A stretch of 64,000 nt of DNA from a bacterium. Lineage in GTDB: Bacteria; Bacteroidota; Bacteroidia; Flavobacteriales_D; Sanyastnellaceae. The stretch spans positions 93-64,092 of the forward strand of contig JAPOHG010000005.1 of NCBI GenBank assembly GCA_029979565.1, in the 5' to 3' direction. The notes beneath the pieces were generated by a model that worked only from the letters and a program-made list of their open reading frames with translations, did not search any database and had not been told where the DNA came from. Position numbers and translations under genes: made by a program. Positions 17,606 to 27,100 of the stretch are shown piece by piece (position 1 is the first letter of the stretch; every line of letters starts with the position of its first letter).

Positions 17606-19369
17606 ATGGAGATTGCAGCACTCGATTGGGCCATCATTGGCGCTTATTTTTTGTTGGCCCTTGGTGTGGGCATTTGGGCATCGCGGGTCGTCGGCAACTC
17701 GGCAGCGGGTTTTTTCTTAGCCGGCCGCAACATGCCGTGGTGGTTGCTGGGCGTCAGCATGGTGGCGACGACCTTTTCGACGGACACCCCCAACCTCGTT
17801 ACCGGCCTCGTCCGGGAGCAAGGCGTGAGCGGCAACTGGGGGTGGTGGGCCTTCCTGCTCACCGGGATGCTTACCGTTTTTGTGTACGCGCGACTCTGGC
17901 GCCGGTCGGGTGTGATGACCGATATTGAGTTTTACGAGTTGCGGTACGGCGGCAAGCCCGCGGCGGTGTTGCGCGGGTTTCGTGCGTTGTACTTGGGGCT
18001 GGTCTTCAACGTACTCGTGATGGGAACCGTGTCGCTCGCGGCGATCAAATTGGGCGGCATTTTGTTGGGTTGGCCCGGTTGGATGACCCTGCTTGTAACG
18101 GGTGCCATCACGTTGCTGTACAGTACGCTTGGGGGACTCAGAGCGGTCATCCTTACTGACTTTGTGCAGTTTATTTTGGCCATGATCGGCTCGGTTTGGG
18201 CGTGCTGGTACATCCTGAATTTGGACGCCATTGGAGGGTTGGATGCGCTGCTGGCCAACGCCGATGTTGCCTCCAAAACAAGCATGTTCCCCGCCATGGA
18301 CGACCCCGCCCAATGGGTGCCGATTCTCCTCGTACCGCTCGCGGTGCAGTGGTGGGCGAGTTACTACCCGGGAGCTGAACCCGGTGGAGGCGGGTACATC
18401 GCGCAACGCATGTTCAGTGCCAAAGACGAAAGCCATGCGGTGGGGGCCACGCTGCTGTTCAATGTGGCGCATTACGCCCTGCGCCCGTGGCCGTGGATTT
18501 TGATTGCGCTGGCGTCCATTGTGGTGTTCCCCACACTGGCGGATTTGCAGGCCGCGTTCCCCAACATTCCGGCCGACAAAATCGGCCATGACCTGGCCTA
18601 TCCGGCCATGCTCTCCTTGCTGCCTGAAGGGTTGTTGGGCCTCGTAGCGGCGTCGCTATTGGCGGCGTTTATGAGCACGATGTCGACCCAACTCAACCTC
18701 GGCGCGAGTTACCTCGTCAATGACTTTTGGGTCCGGTTCATGCGCCCCGATGCCACCGATGAGGAGCAGGTGCGGGCGGGCCGATTGGCCACTGTGGTCT
18801 CCTTGATTCTCGGCAGTGGGCTCGGTTTGCTGTTGACCGACGCCGGGCAAGCCTTCAACCTGCTGTTGCTCATTGGCGCCGGGACCGGGGGGCTGTTCAT
18901 CCTGCGGTGGTTCTGGTGGCGGATCAATGCGTGGACCGAGTTGGTGGCGATGGGCGGCTCATTGGTCGTTGCGGGGTATTTCACCTTTGTGCACGACGGC
19001 TTGGACATCGTTGGGTTGGCCGCCCATGAGAAACTCATCTGGGGCTCCTTGCTCACCACAATGGTGTGGGTGGTAGCGACCTATTTGACACCCCCCGAGT
19101 CGGCCAAGACCTTGACTGCGTTCGTTGAAAAAGTCAATCCGGGCGGTCCGGGATGGAAACGCTGGGCGACAGCAGAAGCAACTGCTCCTTGGCCCGTCCC
19201 GAGGGGCATTCTCTCCATGGTGTTGGGGTGCACAGGCGTGTATGCGGCGCTCATTGCCACCGGTTCTTGGTTGTACGGTGACGCATCCACGGCGATGATC
19301 CTGCTGGCGGTGGCAGCCGGCAGTGCATGGGGCGTATTTGCCTTGAACCGAACGCCGGCAACCGCATGA
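17606..19369 (+). CDS. sodium:solute symporter family (SSF) transporter
   Basis: 587-aa polytopic membrane protein. N-terminal GRNMPWWLLGVSMVATTFSTDTP is typical of the SSF family. Confidence 0.85.
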   Translation: MEIAALDWAIIGAYFLLALGVGIWASRVVGNSAAGFFLAGRNMPWWLLGVSMVATTFSTDTPNLVTGLVREQGVSGNWGWWAFLLTGMLTVFVYARLWRRSGVMTDIEFYELRYGGKPAAVLRGFRALYLGLVFNVLVMGTVSLAAIKLGGILLGWPGWMTLLVTGAITLLYSTLGGLRAVILTDFVQFILAMIGSVWACWYILNLDAIGGLDALLANADVASKTSMFPAMDDPAQWVPILLVPLAVQWWASYYPGAEPGGGGYIAQRMFSAKDESHAVGATLLFNVAHYALRPWPWILIALASIVVFPTLADLQAAFPNIPADKIGHDLAYPAMLSLLPEGLLGLVAASLLAAFMSTMSTQLNLGASYLVNDFWVRFMRPDATDEEQVRAGRLATVVSLILGSGLGLLLTDAGQAFNLLLLIGAGTGGLFILRWFWWRINAWTELVAMGGSLVVAGYFTFVHDGLDIVGLAAHEKLIWGSLLTTMVWVVATYLTPPESAKTLTAFVEKVNPGGPGWKRWATAEATAPWPVPRGILSMVLGCTGVYAALIATGSWLYGDASTAMILLAVAAGSAWGVFALNRTPATA

Positions 19370-20412
19370 TGGTCAATGCATCAGCGCCGGGTAGGATTTG
19401 CCTGTTTGGCGAGCATCAAGATTATTTTGGGCTCCCAGTGGTGGCGGCGGCGATAGACTTGCGAGGTCACATTCGCAGCACTTCCCGGTCGGATCGAACC
19501 GTTGAATTGCACCTGCTCGATTTGGATGAGGTCCACACGTGGGACTTGGATGAATTGCCCGAACCGGGTCCGCGGGCGTATTGGTTGGCAGCGTTGCACA
19601 TCGCTCGCAAGGAAGGATGGTTGCCGGAAAACGGCTGGCGGGCGGAAGTGACGAGCGCTATTCCTCAACAAGCCGGAGCGAGCAGTTCGAGTGCGCTTAC
19701 GGCGGCGTGGTGTGCATTGATTGCCACAAGAGCTGGGAAGTCGTTGGATCAGGAATGGGTGGCGCATGCTACATGGCGCGTGGAGGTGGCTTTTTTTAAT
19801 GAACCGGGGGGCATGATGGACCAGGTGATGTGTGCCATGGGCGGCGTGCGAACGGTTGATTTCCATCCTGTGTTCGCGACGCAAACCGTTTCAATTCCTG
19901 CAGGCGAGTGGTTGCTGATCGACTCCGAACAACCCAAAGACACGTTGGGCATTCTGTCCCGTGCCAAGCACCAACGGCTCGAGCTCCTCGAGCAATGGGG
20001 GGCTTCCTTGACTCAAGGAGCATTTCCAGAGCGACCGCAGCAATGGGACCGAAACGCCCACCGACTCATGGACGCGACGGTGGGTATCCAATCCGTTTCG
20101 GTGGCGGGACGAGCCTTGCTTGAGGCGAGCGGTGCGTCATGTGAGGCCATTGGTCATCGGTTAACAGAACACCACAAATGGTTGTCCGAAGGGATTGAAG
20201 TATCCACGGAGCGCATCGACGCGTTGCTCGCTCAGGCAGCACAACTAGGAGCCTGCGGCGGAAAAATCAACGGTTCGGGCGGCGGTGGAACGGCGTTTGC
20301 CGTTTTTCCAGAAGGAAAACGGCACCGGGCGGTGGAAGCATTCCGCGCATCAGGCACACGGGTCATTCCCATCAACTTGGGCGCTGAAGGCGTCCGCATG
20401 GAGGTCAATTGA
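19366..20412 (+). CDS. GHMP-family sugar kinase (galactokinase-like)
   Basis: GRICLFGEHQDYFG resembles the galactokinase signature GRxNLIGEHxDY. PQQAGASSSSALTAAW is the GHMP phosphate-binding motif. The ATG overlaps the symporter TGA (ATGA). Confidence 0.82.
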   Translation: MMVNASAPGRICLFGEHQDYFGLPVVAAAIDLRGHIRSTSRSDRTVELHLLDLDEVHTWDLDELPEPGPRAYWLAALHIARKEGWLPENGWRAEVTSAIPQQAGASSSSALTAAWCALIATRAGKSLDQEWVAHATWRVEVAFFNEPGGMMDQVMCAMGGVRTVDFHPVFATQTVSIPAGEWLLIDSEQPKDTLGILSRAKHQRLELLEQWGASLTQGAFPERPQQWDRNAHRLMDATVGIQSVSVAGRALLEASGASCEAIGHRLTEHHKWLSEGIEVSTERIDALLAQAAQLGACGGKINGSGGGGTAFAVFPEGKRHRAVEAFRASGTRVIPINLGAEGVRMEVN

Positions 20413-20435
20413 GCGAGATGTATGAACTTCGAGGC

Positions 20436-21932
20436 ATGACGTGCAATCGGATCATTGTATTGGCGGCCGGCCGGGCCACGCGCATGCGGACCAGTGCTGC
20501 ATCGGCGGAGCAAACGCGTTTCGCCCAAGATGCCCTGGAGCGGCCCAAGCCCATGATCCGTGTAGGTCCGGACGGCGAACCCATGCTGGAACTCATCCTC
20601 GAGCAAGCGCTGCGAGCAGGGTTTACCGAAGCGACCGTGGTCATTGCTCCCGATGACACCATCACGCCGGCATTTCTGCACGAATGGGAGGGTCGAGGCC
20701 TGGGCATGCGCATCCAAACGGCCGTTCAGTCCGAACCCAAGGGCACGGGCCACGCCGTGCAATGCGCCCTGGCGAGCGACCCCGTTCCGTCAGGTTCGAT
20801 GTGGGTGTTGGCCAACGGTGACAACCTCCCAACCCGGTCTGCCTTGTCGCGATTGCGGACAGAAGGCGCGGGGCCGGCTGTACTGGCCTACGACCGGGAT
20901 GCACTGGGACTGGATCCCGCCAAAACGATGGCCTTCGCCGTGCTCGAAGGAGACGGCGCCACGGTTCACCGCATCACGGAAAAGCCGGATGCGTCCGTCG
21001 TTGAACGCTTGGCTGCGAGCGGTAGCGTCCGGGTTTCCATGAATTATTTTCGGCTCGATGGCGACCGCCTACAGACCCATTTAGCCGCATTGGCGCCACA
21101 TCCCGAACGCGGAGAACTCGAGCTTCCCACGGCCTTGCAAGCGATGATGGATGCCGGCACCGGACTGACCCAAATCAACGTGGATGAAGCTGTGCTGGAT
21201 CTGACGCGCATACAAGACGTAGCGGGCGTCCAGGCGGGAATGCATCTGCTCGAACCCTTCCAGCTGGAGGTGTGCGCGAGTTCGCCTTCCGACGTTCGTA
21301 CGGCTGCCGCAGCCGGGGCACAGCGCATCGAATTGTGCGCACATTGGGAGTGCGGGGGGCTGACGCCGACGGAGGCAGACATTCGCTTGGCGCGCACTCA
21401 CGGGTTGCCGGTTCACGCCCTCATCCGTTGCCGGGCTGGGCATTTTGTGTACTCGGAGGAAGAAAAAGCACTGATGACGGCGCAGATTGAAGGCTCGTTG
21501 GCTGCCGGTGCCGCCCGGGTGGTGGTGGGCGCTTTGCAAGCGGATGGAACGTGGGACGCCTCCTTGTTGCGACGTTGGGTGGACGACTTTGGAGCTCACC
21601 GGATTGTCATTCACCGGGCCTTTGATGCCTGCACCGATTGGGAAGGCGCGGCCAACGCCTTGGAGGCGTTGGGTGTGCGCAGAATCTTGACGAGCGGTGG
21701 CGAATTCCGTGCTTGGGATGGGCGTGACCGCATTCGTCAATTGGTCGCCGGAGGCTTTGACGTCACGGTCGGGAGCGGCGTGGTGCCGGAACAGCGCGAA
21801 GACTGGATGGCGCTCGGCGTCACCCAATTCCATGCTTCATGCCGGGAGGTCGATGAACGCCCGACGGCGTTGTTCGATGGAAAAACCAGCAAGGTCAGTG
21901 CTGCCGTAGTGCAGCGCTGGTTCAACCGCTGA
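20436..21932 (+). CDS. fusion protein: sugar-1-phosphate nucleotidyltransferase domain + CutC-family TIM-barrel domain
   Basis: N-terminal IIVLAAGRATRM...PKPM...SEPKGTGHAV (NTP-transferase). C-terminal part from about nt 21255, LEVCASSPSDVRTAAAAGAQRIELC...GGLTP..., is CutC-like. The start could also be 20409 or 20418. Confidence 0.75.
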   Translation: MTCNRIIVLAAGRATRMRTSAASAEQTRFAQDALERPKPMIRVGPDGEPMLELILEQALRAGFTEATVVIAPDDTITPAFLHEWEGRGLGMRIQTAVQSEPKGTGHAVQCALASDPVPSGSMWVLANGDNLPTRSALSRLRTEGAGPAVLAYDRDALGLDPAKTMAFAVLEGDGATVHRITEKPDASVVERLAASGSVRVSMNYFRLDGDRLQTHLAALAPHPERGELELPTALQAMMDAGTGLTQINVDEAVLDLTRIQDVAGVQAGMHLLEPFQLEVCASSPSDVRTAAAAGAQRIELCAHWECGGLTPTEADIRLARTHGLPVHALIRCRAGHFVYSEEEKALMTAQIEGSLAAGAARVVVGALQADGTWDASLLRRWVDDFGAHRIVIHRAFDACTDWEGAANALEALGVRRILTSGGEFRAWDGRDRIRQLVAGGFDVTVGSGVVPEQREDWMALGVTQFHASCREVDERPTALFDGKTSKVSAAVVQRWFNR

Positions 21933-21959
21933 TTGGCCTGAGGTGCACTATTTTGCACC

Positions 21960-24170
21960 ATGGAAAAATCCGTTCTCCTGTTCGCATTTGCACTCTTGTT
22001 AGGTGCTTGTGCACCGGTGGCTGAAACGCCCCCATTGGACCTCATTCCGCATCCAACCAGCTGGGATCCAAGCCAAAACACCTGCGACATCTCCGGAGCA
22101 TGGGAGCTGGACGTGCCAACGGAATGGCATGCGGATCGAAGGTTTTGGTCAAATTGGCTTTCAGCCGATTCCGGAGGGAAGGAAGGAAAGGCCGTGTCGG
22201 TCATCATCAAGCAGTCTCCCGCCATGGAGTCCGAGGCGTATGCACTGGCCATTCGCCCAGACGGCATCACGATTGAAGCCGGTTCGACGCATGGAGCCTT
22301 TCATGCGTTGACGACCCTTCGCTCTTTGGCCTTGACGGGCGATGGTGCATTGCCCTGCGGCAACCTGGCCGATGCACCCAGATTTGCACACCGGGGCTTG
22401 CTGCTGGATTGTTGCCGGCATTTCATGGAGCCGGAATTTGTCAAGCGAACCATCGATTTGCTCGCTTTGCACAAGATGAGCGTGCTGCATTGGCACCTGA
22501 CGGAAGACCAAGGATGGCGCGTTGAAATTGATGCCTACCCCGAATTGACCCAAAAGGGCGCATGGAGAACGCAGGCAGATGGCAGTCGGCACGGCGGGTT
22601 TTACACCAAGGAGCAAATTCGTGACATCGTCGCCTATGCGGCCGAGCGCCACATCGAAGTCATTGCCGAAATCGAACTCCCGGGCCACAGCCGTGCCGCT
22701 TTGGCGGCCTACCCCTGGTTGGGGTGCACCGGCGAAGCCATGGAGGTGCCGCACGATTGGGGCGTGTTCAAGGACATATACTGCGCCGGACAGGACACGA
22801 CGTTGGCGTTTTTGAAAACGGTGTTGGACGAAGTGATGGAGCTTTTCCCTTCCGAATACATCCACATCGGCGGCGACGAGGCCCCCAAGGTGCGGTGGGA
22901 GCAATGCCCCAAATGCCAGAAACGCATCGCAGATGAAGGCCTGCACGACGCGCACGAATTGCAGTCCTGGTTCATCGGTGAAATCGGTCGGTACCTCGAA
23001 GCCCACGGGCGCAAGATGATCGGTTGGGATGAGATCCTCGAAGGCGGTTTGCCGGCCGGAGCGACGGTGCAGTCTTGGCGCGGCATGGACGGCGGACGCG
23101 ATGCGGTGGCCATGGGCCACGATGCCATCATGTCGCCGACGTCGCATTGCTATTTTGATTATCCTGTGGAGTCCACGGACTTGGAGGAGGTTTATGGGTT
23201 TGAACCTGAACCGGAAGGATTGGAAGGCAGCGGCCGCATCCTCGGCGGGGAGTGCAACATGTGGAGCGAACGTGCCCCACAGCCCCTCGTGGAATCCAAG
23301 GTCTTTCCGCGCCTCGTAGCGATGGCCGAGGTGCTTTGGAGCCCGCCAACCACCCGCAACTGGTCGGACTTCCAAGCCCGCATGGAATCCCACTACACCC
23401 GACTTGATGCCTGGGAAGTGGCGTACGGATGGGAAACGGTGCCCATGGCGCTGGAATGGGAGCGGGGAGCGACTTCCAACAGCCTCGATGTTCAACTTGT
23501 ACCGGCCATGTCCGGCGTTGGTGGGACGGGACGGTTTGTGTTGCAGAACGGGCAAGTCGTGTCCGACGCTTTGGACATGGAGGAAGTCCATACCATCCAA
23601 GGCGAAGGAAAATTACAGGTGGCGTTGACCCGCAAAGGCGTATCGATGGGTGAACCCCTGACCTTCCCCCTGGCCGGCCACGTCGGCGCCTTTCAACGGG
23701 TTGAATTGGACCACAGCATCAATGCATACTACCCGGGACGCGGTGAGCAGGGCCTCGCTGACGGGCGGCTGGGCTCGTTGGATTTCCGAGACGGATCGTG
23801 GCAAGCGACGCAAGGCGAACACATGGGCATTGCGGTGGAGTTGGAGGCCCCGATTGAAGTTGATTCGTTGAGCATGCAAGTTTACCGGTACCAAGACGCT
23901 TGGATTTTCCTCCCGGATTCTGTTCGGTTCCAATGGTCCCCTGACGGCGAGCATTGGGACGGTGAATGGTGGGTCCAACCATTCGCGGCTCCCACGTTTG
24001 ACCCCAATGACGCCCAGGATGTGCAGCGCTTGGCCGTTCCGGTCGGGGAAACGGCGCGTTGGGTGCGCTTTGAAGCCCGCAATCCCGGTCCGTGTCCCGA
24101 GTGGCACGATGCCGCCAGCTCAGCCACGTGGTTATTCCTGGACGAGTTGGTGGTGCACGGCCAGCCTTAA
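21960..24170 (+). CDS. GH20 beta-N-acetylhexosaminidase lipoprotein with C-terminal discoidin (F5/8 type C)-like domain
   Basis: LLGAC lipobox. VLHWHLTEDQGWRVEI and HIGGDEAPK are GH20 catalytic motifs. C-terminal ARWVRFEARN...LFLDELVVHG is discoidin-like. Confidence 0.9.
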   Translation: MEKSVLLFAFALLLGACAPVAETPPLDLIPHPTSWDPSQNTCDISGAWELDVPTEWHADRRFWSNWLSADSGGKEGKAVSVIIKQSPAMESEAYALAIRPDGITIEAGSTHGAFHALTTLRSLALTGDGALPCGNLADAPRFAHRGLLLDCCRHFMEPEFVKRTIDLLALHKMSVLHWHLTEDQGWRVEIDAYPELTQKGAWRTQADGSRHGGFYTKEQIRDIVAYAAERHIEVIAEIELPGHSRAALAAYPWLGCTGEAMEVPHDWGVFKDIYCAGQDTTLAFLKTVLDEVMELFPSEYIHIGGDEAPKVRWEQCPKCQKRIADEGLHDAHELQSWFIGEIGRYLEAHGRKMIGWDEILEGGLPAGATVQSWRGMDGGRDAVAMGHDAIMSPTSHCYFDYPVESTDLEEVYGFEPEPEGLEGSGRILGGECNMWSERAPQPLVESKVFPRLVAMAEVLWSPPTTRNWSDFQARMESHYTRLDAWEVAYGWETVPMALEWERGATSNSLDVQLVPAMSGVGGTGRFVLQNGQVVSDALDMEEVHTIQGEGKLQVALTRKGVSMGEPLTFPLAGHVGAFQRVELDHSINAYYPGRGEQGLADGRLGSLDFRDGSWQATQGEHMGIAVELEAPIEVDSLSMQVYRYQDAWIFLPDSVRFQWSPDGEHWDGEWWVQPFAAPTFDPNDAQDVQRLAVPVGETARWVRFEARNPGPCPEWHDAASSATWLFLDELVVHGQP

Positions 24171-27100
24171 CACGGCTGCCCCCACACAGTCAACATGCCG
24201 AGGAGATCACCGGTATTGATGTCCCCGCTGCCATCGAGGTCCAGCACGGGAGATGCCCCGTTGCCTCCAACGTCAACCACCTCGCCAAAGTGAACGAGGA
24301 GCAGAAGCAAATCCGGGAGGCTGCGAAGACCATCGGAATTGAAATCACCGGGGCACAAACACGGGTAGCCTCCGACTTCAAAACATTCGGTGCCGAGCAA
24401 AGGGAAGGCGTATTGTTCTGCCAGCAAAAAGGCGTCCATCCCCACCACTTCACCAATGGCCCTACCGGGGAAATCATCAATGGGGGGATGGATGCCGCCC
24501 CAGATGCGGGAGAGTGCACTTTGATCTGCAGCATCGCGGTAGGTCGCCCACTGCAATTCAAAATCCATCGATGGCCCGTCTTCGAAGACCAGGAATTCAT
24601 GAGCTTCCACAGGAAATGCACCCAGGCCTCCCGGGAAGAACGGATCGCCCGTCAAAGCGGTCAACACCTCTGCTGCCGCGCGACTAAAAGTGGAGTGTCC
24701 GCTGACGTATCCGGCAAACGGCGGCGTAACAAACGTAGGTCGCTGGTACGGCCACCATTCCCGTGCGCGAATCCAGTCCACACCGGCCCATTGCAATGCG
24801 GGCACTTCAATGAAGTCCGGTCCCTTCCAACAGCGGATTTTCATTTCGTACAGGTGCTCGTTTTCGGGGCCACGGAGTTCCTCGGGGTCATCCGGTCCGA
24901 TTTGCTCGATGTACCCTGGGATGATGGGCAACCCGGCTCCGTGGTAATTGGGCAGCTCGGGATCTGTGCATTGCCCGCGATCGGCCATCCAGCGCAGTGC
25001 CGAAACCGGTCGAACGTAATCGTGCCATCCTTTGCAACTCCATGCGGCGATTGCCGCGTCGTGCATCGCGCCTCCCATCGAAAAGTAGGCAATGACGTCC
25101 CAATGAAGCGGTTCAATCGGCTCGCCCAAACCGCGCCACTTTCGCTGCAATTCGGGTTGGTCGTTGACATAGTTGAGCAAGGTGAACCAATGTCCGGGTG
25201 GAGTTTCGGAATCCGGTCCATCCGCCCAATATTCAGCAAGGACCCGTGTGAAATCACCGCGCAGGACGTGCTGGGAGGCATAGGGTTCTCCGGTGGCAGG
25301 GTTGAAGGGGTGTCCGGCTTCCAGACCTTCACCCACAGGCGTGCCATCGACGGCATAATACGTGCGCGCTTCGTCCACGCTTTCAGGCATAAAGCCGTTC
25401 CAACTGAAAGCGCCGGGTCCGATGTCCCATTCCACAGAATCGGACGGATCGAGATGCGAAGCCCAAAGAGCGACCAGCGTATGCCCCCATTTGTAATCGC
25501 TTTCCAATCCAATTTCTTCGTCCGGGTCAATTTGCGCAGGCGGTCCGGGGTCGTGGTATACGGTGTAGGTGCTCCCGAGCCGTTCAAATTGTGCTGTGTC
25601 CGCGGGCGTCATGGCAAAGGGCTGAACATTCCCCCATTCAGGGCTCAGAAAATCCGGTGAAATGTTCGAGCCTTCGTTCCCTGACTGGTCAATAAACTCC
25701 GCTAATTGCAGGGGTTGCCACCGGTTGGGGAAGAACATGTTGGGGTTGCCCGGTTCGTCCATCACCAGGTTCCAATTCATCGGGTTGTAGTAGGTGTTTT
25801 GGTAGTCGATGACTTCGAACGAACCGTCTTGGAAGCCAAATGCGATGTATTGTTCAGCCAAGTAATTGCCCAGCGATGCCGCCCGCTCCATCCACGTTCC
25901 ATTGGTGTAATCGGTGTCGTGCCATGCCGTATCGTACCCCAGCACTTCCATTTGGCTGTCGATGTGTGTCGCGATGCGTTCTGCGCGCGGTGCATTTGCG
26001 AAACGATGCTGCAGCAGCCGATAGACCCCGTAGCTGATGCTCAATCGACGCGCCTCAAGGCGGTTCTCTGCTTCGATACTGGGTAGCCCTTCAAAGAGAC
26101 ATGTGTAGTCACCTTGTTGGTTGCCGAGCAGCCAAGGTTGTGCACCCACCACAGTATCCGTTTCCCATGCTGCCCAAGCGTCGTACATCAATGCGGAAGT
26201 GTGCCAGAGGTTCCGTGCATGGACCGTGGGCCGAGCCCAATCGTGGCGGATGCTCAGCAATGTGGCTTCGTTCCAGATGCGGGCGATGCTGTGGGTGGCC
26301 AAGGTGGGAAAATCCGGAAGGGGTTCGCCAGAGCAATCCAATCCTGCAGCGGAAAAAAAACACGAACCGTCATCCTCCGTCGCTGCAATTTCATAGTTGC
26401 ATGCATCCGAATCGGTGCATCCGTTCATCAACCAAGGATCGGTTCCCGGCTCCATGACGCTGTGTATGCTGTCGGCTGCGAAAGGCCCGTGGGTTGAGAA
26501 TTCGCCTGTTGGCCACCGGACCACGATGGAATCCACACCGGTCGCTTCTCCCAGCCCGACGTGTACATCAAAGGAGCTTGAACCGCTGTACCCTTGTCCG
26601 CAGTGGATTTCGTCGTAGCGTACCACGCCATCAAAGTGCACTTCTATGCGCGCGCCAATGGCGGACCGGTTGGAAGAGGTGCCCTCCAGTCGAAAGCCAA
26701 CAAAGTGACCGTTGGAATTCAGGTTTTCGAGGATTTGAAATCCGGGCTGTGTGGGGGAACCGGATGTTGCAATGGCGAGGTCCCAGTCACCGTCTCCATC
26801 CAAATCGCCAGCGGCCAAACCGTAATCGCTGTGGTCGTGTTCAAGCACCACGTCTCCCTCGCTGACCCAAGCAAAGGTTGTGTCTCCAAGGCCTCGATAC
26901 AAACGATTCGAGGTGGGGGCAAATGCGTAATCGTTGACGATGTACAGGTCGGATTCGGAGTCGTGGTCGTAGTCGAAAAAGATGCAACCCCACGTCATGC
27001 CGGAATCATCCACTCCAGCTTCATCTCCGATGGCCGTGTACGTCCCATCGCCATTGTTCAAGAACAACTCGCTGGGGTAGAGATCGGTGATGTAGAGGTC

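Noticed and set aside
20436-21932. Annotating the CutC domain as a copper-homeostasis function
   Set aside because: The context (kinase, nucleotidyltransferase, hexosaminidase) contains no copper-related genes. The copper label is historical, so function is left open.
22161-23600. 479-aa minus-strand ORF
   Set aside because: Antisense to the GH20 hexosaminidase gene, which has unambiguous catalytic motifs. Composition is biased (R, H, G, P).
24092-25660. 522-aa plus-strand ORF
   Set aside because: It lies entirely antisense to the haloperoxidase-like part of the 1246-aa gene. It has an R/G/H/V/P-rich low-information composition and no motifs. This is a typical shadow ORF in GC-rich DNA.
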